A stretch of 32,000 nt of DNA from positions 1,583,863-1,615,862 of the forward strand of contig CP169074.1 in NCBI GenBank assembly GCA_041891055.1, read 5' to 3'. Made by a program: the position numbers and the translations under genes. The notes below the pieces were generated by a model. The model saw only the letters and a list, made by a program, of their open reading frames with translations, was not told the DNA's origin and made no database searches. Source of the stretch: Halorutilales archaeon Cl-col2-1. GTDB lineage: Archaea > Halobacteriota > Halobacteria > Halobacteriales > Afararchaeaceae. Numbering within the stretch: position 1 is the first letter of the stretch; every line of letters begins with the position of its first letter. Below are positions 26,659-32,000 of this stretch, in pieces.

Positions 26659-27609
26659 TCACTCTTCTTCCCAGAACTCCGATCCCTTCTTTAGCTTCTC
26701 GACCCAGGTGTCCTCGTCGCGCGCGAGGAGTACGACGTTCGACCTCGGAACCTCCTTGAGTACGTCGTATCCCTCCATTCTCTCCTGAACCTCGCGCGCG
26801 AACTCCTTGACCTCGGAGTGCTCGGGCATAGCCTCCCTGTTGACCCTGTCTCGCGAGTGTCCGACGTGCATGTAGCCTTTGAGTTCGACGTAGTCGGGTG
26901 ACGCCTTCTCGAAGATCTCTGCATACCCCTCAGCGTCGTCGTTGACTCCGCCTATGACCGTGGTACGTATCACAGTCCGTCCGTCCTTCTCCGAGAGTAC
27001 GTCGAGTGTCTCGTGTAGCTTCTCCCACGCGTTGTCTTCGACGGGACGTACTACCTCGTCGAATGTCTCCTCGTCGGCGGCGTCGACGCTGATGTAGGTC
27101 TGTGTCGGCTCACATCTCTCTATCATCTCGGGGTTGGTGCCGTTCGAGACGAGGAAGGTCGTGATACCCCGGTCGTGGAACTCGTCGATGAGCTCAGGGA
27201 GATAGGGGTAGAGTGTAGGCTCGCCGTCGAGCGATATGGCGACGTGTCTCGGGTTCATCGCCTTCTCGAAGGTCTCGTCTGAGACGTCGCCGTTGCCCTT
27301 GTACCCCCCGAGGAGTTTCCTCTGGAGATCGATGCTCGCGTCGACGACTGCCTCGGGGTCGTCCCACTCCGCCTCGACCTCGTACGAGTGTCCCTCGTGG
27401 TCGCGCCAGCAGAAGACGCATCTCTCGTTACACGTCACGACGGGTGTCATCTGTATACACCGGTGGGACTCGATCCCGTAGAAGGCGTGCTTGTAGCACT
27501 TACCCTCGCCCTTTATGGCGTTCTTCGTCCAGCCACACGTCTGGCACGCCGTGTGGTTCTCCATGTGGTAGTCGGGGGTTCCGACCTGTGATGTGTCGTC
27601 TTTGCTCAT
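26659..27609 (-). CDS. taw1: tRNA 4-demethylwyosine synthase (Taw1/TYW1, radical SAM)
   Basis: 316-aa ORF. It has the radical-SAM cluster CNERCVFCWR plus an N-terminal second Cys cluster (CQTCGW...CYKH...HRC), and ISLDGEPTLYP. Confidence 0.85.
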   Translation of the reverse strand: MSKDDTSQVGTPDYHMENHTACQTCGWTKNAIKGEGKCYKHAFYGIESHRCIQMTPVVTCNERCVFCWRDHEGHSYEVEAEWDDPEAVVDASIDLQRKLLGGYKGNGDVSDETFEKAMNPRHVAISLDGEPTLYPYLPELIDEFHDRGITTFLVSNGTNPEMIERCEPTQTYISVDAADEETFDEVVRPVEDNAWEKLHETLDVLSEKDGRTVIRTTVIGGVNDDAEGYAEIFEKASPDYVELKGYMHVGHSRDRVNREAMPEHSEVKEFAREVQERMEGYDVLKEVPRSNVVLLARDEDTWVEKLKKGSEFWEEE

Positions 27610-27658
27610 GTTATTTATCGGCTATACCGGTTCGTGACTAATTACACCGTCGCTCCTA

Positions 27659-28816
27659 CTACGTCGCGTCAGCCTCGGCTTCTGACTCCATCCCCGCGCT
27701 CACGCTCACCAGGAGACTAGACGCCGCGGCTACGAGGCTCACTCCCGATAGGTAGACGAACATCCCCTGTACACCGACGGCGTCGAAGAGAGTCCCCGCG
27801 AAGACCTGTCCGACGCTCGCTCCGAGTCCGAAGACCGACGCCCAGAGGAGTGTCTGTCCGGTCGACTGGAGCGTCTCGGGAGACAGCCTGTCGGCGAGGT
27901 TTACCGCGGCGAGGTAGAACGACGCGAAGCTGAACCCCGAGAGAATCTGTGCGAGAAGCACGGCGGGAACTGCGTCGGTGAAGCCGTAGACTGCGTACTT
28001 CGCGGCGTAGGCGAGAGCACCTATCACGAGGAAGTACCTGTAGGCGAGACCGAACCGGAGAGCGTAGACGAAGACTCCCGCCTCTACGACGGTGGTTATC
28101 AGCCACGAGACCCCCGTTAAGAAGTCGCCCGCGCCTATCGCTCTCATGTAGACGGAGAAGAAGCTGTTTCCCGAGAGGAGTACGACGCCTATCAGGAAAG
28201 AGGTCAGAAGGAGTGCGGCGAAGTCGGTCTTTCTCACGAGACGCAGAGCATCTGAACTTACATCCGCGAGACGGCTTCCGTCGTTCGCTGGGAGACCCTT
28301 TCCGACTACGACAAGAAGAGCCATGCCGACGAAGTAGACGTAGAAGATCACCGACGAGCCGAGACGTGGTATGACGCCTCCGAGTATCAGACTCCCGACT
28401 CCGAACGCCACGCTTCCGTACGCCCTGACCTGTCCGTATTCGAGACCCGAGTCGAGAACTGACGAGTCGGCTATCGGGACTATCGGCGCGCGGAAGAAGG
28501 CGTAGAAAGCCGTGCCGACGCTTATAACGACGAACGCGTTCGGCAGAGAGTCGGCGAGGGGATAGACTAGGACGAACGCCCCCGTCATAGCCGAAGCCAC
28601 CATCAGAATCTCCCTTCTCGCGCCCTTCCAGTCGGCGATTATTCCCCAGAGAGGCTGTGAAACTAAGCCGACTATCGGCGGAAGAGCACCTATTACCCCC
28701 ATCTCGAACCCCGTGAGACCCGTCTCCTCTAGAAAGACGTTCCGGAAGGTAGCAAACCCGCTAAACGAGACGAAGTAGACGAAGTAGAACATCTTGAAAC
28801 GTGTCGAGTCTCTCAT
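27659..28816 (-). CDS. MFS-type transporter (12-TM-like), substrate unknown
   Basis: 385-aa hydrophobic ORF with two six-helix halves and WGIIADWKGARR-type loop motifs. An alternative start lies at 28792. Confidence 0.7.
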   Translation of the reverse strand: MRDSTRFKMFYFVYFVSFSGFATFRNVFLEETGLTGFEMGVIGALPPIVGLVSQPLWGIIADWKGARREILMVASAMTGAFVLVYPLADSLPNAFVVISVGTAFYAFFRAPIVPIADSSVLDSGLEYGQVRAYGSVAFGVGSLILGGVIPRLGSSVIFYVYFVGMALLVVVGKGLPANDGSRLADVSSDALRLVRKTDFAALLLTSFLIGVVLLSGNSFFSVYMRAIGAGDFLTGVSWLITTVVEAGVFVYALRFGLAYRYFLVIGALAYAAKYAVYGFTDAVPAVLLAQILSGFSFASFYLAAVNLADRLSPETLQSTGQTLLWASVFGLGASVGQVFAGTLFDAVGVQGMFVYLSGVSLVAAASSLLVSVSAGMESEAEADAT

Positions 28817-28856
28817 GTGGGTTTTATTTATGAGGTGGCTTCTGCCACAAAAATGC

Positions 28857-28862
28857 TTTATG
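28857..28862 (+). promoter_or_regulatory. Candidate TATA box (TTTATG) for the downstream membrane-protein gene
   Basis: It ends 24 nt before the ATG at 28887. This supports a near-leaderless transcript and the shorter start. Confidence 0.35.
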
Positions 28863-28886
28863 ACTCCTTCTTATATACTGAGGACG

Positions 28887-29984
28887 ATGTCCTGGTACGC
28901 CTTATCCAACCTCGATGACGCCCTTGACGCCGCGGAGGAGTTCCTACTGCCGTTCGACCTCAGGAAGTGGCTCAAGCTCGCGCTCGTAGCCTTCTTCGTC
29001 GGAGGTGGAGGCGGCTTCTCGACACCCAACACGTCGAACATACCCTCCGAAGGCACCTCGCCCGGTGTGGGAACGGGCGGCGGTCTTCCTACGGGAGAGT
29101 TCGCCGACTTAACCCCGATAATAATAGTGGTTGTCGCGCTTATACTCGGGATTGTACTCTTCTTCGGTGTCATAGGCGGAGTGATGGAGTTCGTCTTCTA
29201 CGACTCGGTCGTGAGGCGAGAGGTCAGGCTCAAGGAGTACTTCTCCGACCGTCTCGGCAAGGGTCTCCGTCTCTTCGGCTTCCGTTTCGGTCTCTCGCTG
29301 ATCTTCCTGCTTCCGTTCATAGCCGTAATCGCGTCTTTCTTCTTAGTGGGAGCCGTCGGACTCGCGGGGATATTCCTCCTCATACCTTTCTTCCTCGTCG
29401 GCTCTCTCGTGACGGGAGTGATACGGATACTCCTACGTGACGCCGTCGTCCCCGTGATGATAGCCGACGACGTCGGCGTGATACAGGGATGGCGGAACAT
29501 CTGGTCCACTCTCAAGTCGGAGTGGAAGCAGTACGGCGTCTACGTCGTAGCGAGATGGCTCCTCAGCCTGGGTCTCGGAATAGGGGTGGCTATAATCTTC
29601 CTACTCGCCCTCGCGGTCATACTAATACCCGTCGGGCTACTCGTCCTGCCTGTCTTCCTCCTCGGACTCGATCTCGGGGGGATTGCCCTTGTTATACTCG
29701 TCCCCGTCGGACTACTCGCCTTCCTTGCGTCCCTCGTCGCCTACGGTCTTATACGTGTCCCCGTCGAGACCTACCTGCGTTACTACGCTCTACTCGTCTT
29801 AGGCGACGCCAACCAAGAGTACGACCTGATACCCGATATGAGACACGAAGACGGAGAAGGAGACGGTGGTGACGACGTCGACGGAGACGGCGACAGTAAC
29901 GACGGTGGCGACGCCGATAGCCAGGAGAATGAAGACGATTACGACGAAGACACCGGTACGGGAGTGACCTCCTCCCCGTCGTAA
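28887..29984 (+). CDS. Uncharacterised polytopic membrane protein with a Gly-rich loop and an Asp/Gly-rich acidic C-terminal tail
   Basis: Same frame as track ORF 28794..29984. The MSWYALSNLDDALDAAEEFLLPF start is preferred because the first 31 codons overlap the MFS start and promoter region. It has multiple TM helices. The tail is HEDGEGDGGDDVDGDGDSNDGGDADSQENEDDYDED. Confidence 0.7.
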   Translation: MSWYALSNLDDALDAAEEFLLPFDLRKWLKLALVAFFVGGGGGFSTPNTSNIPSEGTSPGVGTGGGLPTGEFADLTPIIIVVVALILGIVLFFGVIGGVMEFVFYDSVVRREVRLKEYFSDRLGKGLRLFGFRFGLSLIFLLPFIAVIASFFLVGAVGLAGIFLLIPFFLVGSLVTGVIRILLRDAVVPVMIADDVGVIQGWRNIWSTLKSEWKQYGVYVVARWLLSLGLGIGVAIIFLLALAVILIPVGLLVLPVFLLGLDLGGIALVILVPVGLLAFLASLVAYGLIRVPVETYLRYYALLVLGDANQEYDLIPDMRHEDGEGDGGDDVDGDGDSNDGGDADSQENEDDYDEDTGTGVTSSPS

Positions 29985-30038
29985 ACGACGGGGCTTCCCG
30001 AACCGCACCGCAGCGTTGGGATATTTGCCGGTCTACGG

Positions 30039-31289
30039 TCAGATCTGTTCTTGTGGGGCTACTCTCCCCGTCGATGTGTCGAACAGGCGAACCGATGGCT
30101 GGGCCAGACAGCCGTTACTCCTATCCACAGAGGGATTCGGAGTTACCGTCTTTCGCATATTCTCAGCCGCATTACAGTCACTATTCGCAACCAGTTCACA
30201 CTCATCGCAGACGTACAACCCACGTTCAACACGGTTCGAATCGGCTTTCATGCCACACTCACAGCACGTTATCGACGTAGCCAGTTCGTACTCATCGACC
30301 CGCTCAACCTCAATCCCACGTTCTTCAGCTTTGTACTCGATGTGACTGAGCAGAGTTTCAAACGCCCAGTCATGGAGGCGCTTGTTGCCGTGCCTGCCCC
30401 AGTCTTCATCCTCGCGGATGCTTTTCGGATGGCCAACTGCTATCGTGCCAACATCACGGGCAGCACACTGCTCAACAATGTCTTTCGAGAGAGCGTGCAG
30501 GAAATGCTCTTGTCGCCGGGATTTCTTGCGGCGTGCCCATTCAGCATGGTTGCTGGGGCCGTTCTCACCTTCCGTGTCGTACTCTTCCTGCCGGAAGTAG
30601 TGTGCGTCTTCTTTCAATGTGTTGCCCGGATACAACAGCGTGTGGTCACCGACAGAGACAGCCGCCGTATTGCAGATACCGAGGTCAACACCTGCCGTCT
30701 TTTCACCAGCCGAGTCCTCTGCATCAATGCTGACTTTGCAGACGAAGTGCAGTTCCCACTGCTCGCCGTTCCAGACGATGCGGATCTGCTGTACGTCTTC
30801 TACATTGGTGAGGGATACGTCCGAGCCGGTGTCATATTCGCAGAGAACAAAGTCGGCCCACCCGTCTTTCAGGTTCTTGCCTTTCGACAGTCGAACCTGC
30901 TGGTGTTTCGTATCGAGTTTGAAGCCGTCTTCTTTGAACGTGACCGTGCTACGTGGTCGTTCATCGCCGTCTTTGCGGTAGCCCGGTGGGTTAGCGTCTG
31001 GATTGTCTTGTTCGAACCACGACTGGAAAGCGCCAGCCAATTCTTCGACGATTGCCTGACTTGACTGCGAGTTCAAATCTTTCCAGCACTGTTGGTTCTT
31101 CATGTAGGACTTGAGCGGTCCCTCGTCCGGAATTTCTCCGGTGTGATCCCAGATGCGGCCAGCGATCCACCGAGCAACGTTCCAGATTTTGCTGCCGGAA
31201 CGACTGAGTGAATCGAGGTCACGCACGACACCCTCACGGTCGTTGGTGAGTGTTGCCGTAATGGTGCGTGTCGTGACCAGATTCACCAT
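30039..31289 (-). CDS. tnpB: TnpB (IS200/IS605-family OrfB, IS1341-type; candidate RNA-guided endonuclease)
   Basis: 416 aa counted from MVNLVTTRT. It has RuvC-I GVDLGICNTAAV (D202), a zinc ribbon CCEC...CDEC and RuvC-III NSDCNAAENM (D371). The block WGRHGNKRLHDWAFETLLSHIEYKAEERGIEVERVDE is typical of haloarchaeal TnpB. The track's upstream 28 codons look non-coding. Confidence 0.9.
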   Translation of the reverse strand: MVNLVTTRTITATLTNDREGVVRDLDSLSRSGSKIWNVARWIAGRIWDHTGEIPDEGPLKSYMKNQQCWKDLNSQSSQAIVEELAGAFQSWFEQDNPDANPPGYRKDGDERPRSTVTFKEDGFKLDTKHQQVRLSKGKNLKDGWADFVLCEYDTGSDVSLTNVEDVQQIRIVWNGEQWELHFVCKVSIDAEDSAGEKTAGVDLGICNTAAVSVGDHTLLYPGNTLKEDAHYFRQEEYDTEGENGPSNHAEWARRKKSRRQEHFLHALSKDIVEQCAARDVGTIAVGHPKSIREDEDWGRHGNKRLHDWAFETLLSHIEYKAEERGIEVERVDEYELATSITCCECGMKADSNRVERGLYVCDECELVANSDCNAAENMRKTVTPNPSVDRSNGCLAQPSVRLFDTSTGRVAPQEQI

Positions 31290-31400
31290 ACATAGACTAT
31301 GACAGTAGAGTGAGTTAATGGCTGTGACTTGGCGTGGAATATCCAGCCAGTAGAAACAGTGTCGGAATCTCACCGAAGTTGACGCGATCCACTCCCGTCC

Positions 31401-31539
31401 CGAGAACTTACGTTCTCGTGTGCACGCGAATCTTCCGATTCGCGAACGTCCTCAGAAATCGAAGATTTCTGATGTGCGAACGAGAGCTTGCTCTCGTTAA
31501 CGCCCTGTTCGGTTCTCGGTTCCGACTAAGCGTCGGAAC
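31401..31539. other. Array of five different perfect stem-loops (7-9 bp stems, 2-5 nt loops)
   Basis: The five stem-loops, in stem-loop-stem form:
- H1, 31401-31418: CGAGAAC-TTAC-GTTCTCG
- H2, 31425-31444: CGCGAATC-TTCC-GATTCGCG
- H3, 31452-31472: TCAGAAATC-GAA-GATTTCTGA
- H4, 31479-31498: AACGAGAGC-TT-GCTCTCGTT
- H5, 31519-31539: GTTCCGAC-TAAGC-GTCGGAAC. Confidence 0.85.
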
Positions 31540-31594
31540 GCTCGTCCCTCACGGAAAGGGCGGGATTCTCTCGCTGTGTCAAGATAGACGTCGA

Positions 31595-32000
31595 CTAGCC
31601 CACGAATCTCGGGTTGTTCGAGAGTAGCCGCGGCGTGTAGAGGCTCTTTCTCGGCATCTCTCCGATCTTCTCGTCTATCTCGTCTCTGAGTTCCTCGACG
31701 GACATCTCCGTTTCGTCGTCTCCCCTGACGCGGAACTCGATCTCTTCGCCCTCGATCTCTCTGTCTCCGACTACTGCGACGTAAGGTACCCAGTCCTGTT
31801 CGGCGGTTCTTATCCTCTTTCCGACGCTCTCGTCCCTGTCGTCTATGTCGACACGTACCCCGTCGAGTTCGTCGGCGAGGCTCTCACAGTACTCGGTGTG
31901 TTCCTCGCCCACGGGTATGAAACGCACCTGTGTCGGCGAGAGCCAGACGGGCATACGTGGGGTTTCGAGTCCGTCGGCGTTTTCGAGTATGGCACCGAAG
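31595..32000 (-). CDS. thrS: Threonyl-tRNA synthetase, C-terminal (anticodon-binding) part; the gene continues beyond the window end
   Basis: The frame is open to 32000 (FGAILENADGLETPRMPVWLSPTQVRFIPV...). The pattern ERF.G.L.E....P.WLAP.QV, then D.R.E..GKRIR......PY..VVGD.E, matches ThrRS. Confidence 0.8.
   Translation of the reverse strand, partial: FGAILENADGLETPRMPVWLSPTQVRFIPVGEEHTEYCESLADELDGVRVDIDDRDESVGKRIRTAEQDWVPYVAVVGDREIEGEEIEFRVRGDDETEMSVEELRDEIDEKIGEMPRKSLYTPRLLSNNPRFVG

Larger units (their letters stand above)
29985..31594 (-). mobile_element. Non-autonomous IS1341-type insertion (tnpB only, no tnpA); these are the maximal bounds between the flanking gene stops, and the true ends are unknown
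   Basis: tnpB fills the gap between two convergent host 3' ends. Its codon usage differs from all neighbours (ATC/ATT, AAA and CGN in tnpB versus host ATA, AAG and AGR). No Y1 transposase ORF is present. Confidence 0.6.

Noticed and set aside
30051-31064. A 337-aa ORF antisense to tnpB. Other long antisense ORFs include 15462..16124, 20089..20778, 24817..25455, 11442..12026 and 14446..14988.
   Set aside because: Each lies fully inside a strongly supported gene on the other strand and translates to low-complexity Ser/Arg/Leu/Val-rich sequence with no recognisable motif. This is the typical stop-poor antisense frame of GC-biased codon usage.
31401-31539. Possibility that the hairpin array is a CRISPR array or a MITE.
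   Set aside because: The five palindromes share no common repeat sequence, and the intervening segments are only 6-20 nt. No terminal inverted repeats or target-site duplication are visible.
31334-31627. A 97-aa plus-strand ORF spanning the hairpin array.
   Set aside because: It has a non-ATG start and no motif. Its openness is a by-product of palindromic sequence, and it overlaps the thrS 3' end. The hairpins, not a peptide, are the evident signal.

Overview
The window reads as archaeal chromosome from a salt-in halophile: the proteins are strongly acidic and the gene order is haloarchaeon-like. I could not run any searches, so the taxon is inference.

About 90% is conserved housekeeping core:
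- The start of the uL3-uL4-uL23 ribosomal operon, preceded by a DUF171/SPOUT methyltransferase.
- A biotin carboxylase-BCCP fusion with a small acc-operon ORF upstream of it.
- bcp, followed by an intron-containing tRNA-Trp whose intron carries a box C/D guide RNA.
- A GATase, an Hsp20 and an ABC1 kinase.
- An uninterrupted minus-strand block of about 17 kb (8.8-26.0 kb). In transcription order it runs Rpp30, Pop5, PsmA, SBDS, tRNA-Ser, S13, S4, S11, RpoD, tRNA-Leu, L18e, L13, S9, RpoN, RpoK, enolase, S2, mevalonate kinase, IP kinase, IDI-2, RNase J, GGPP synthase, GluRS, DedA, CobA.
- PurO, Taw1/TYW1, an MFS transporter and a Gly-rich membrane protein with an acidic tail.

The only clearly accessory DNA is about 29.99-31.59 kb. 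It holds a solo IS1341-type tnpB (candidate OMEGA RNA-guided nuclease) with foreign codon usage, wedged between the 3' ends of the membrane-protein gene and thrS. Upstream of tnpB sits a striking, unexplained array of five different perfect stem-loops. That array, the unmapped omega-RNA/guide region and a non-canonical RuvC-II box in TnpB are the best candidates for something not yet described.

All calls rest on reading the ORF translations and the sequence by eye. Element boundaries, RNA ends and family assignments need database and structure checks.
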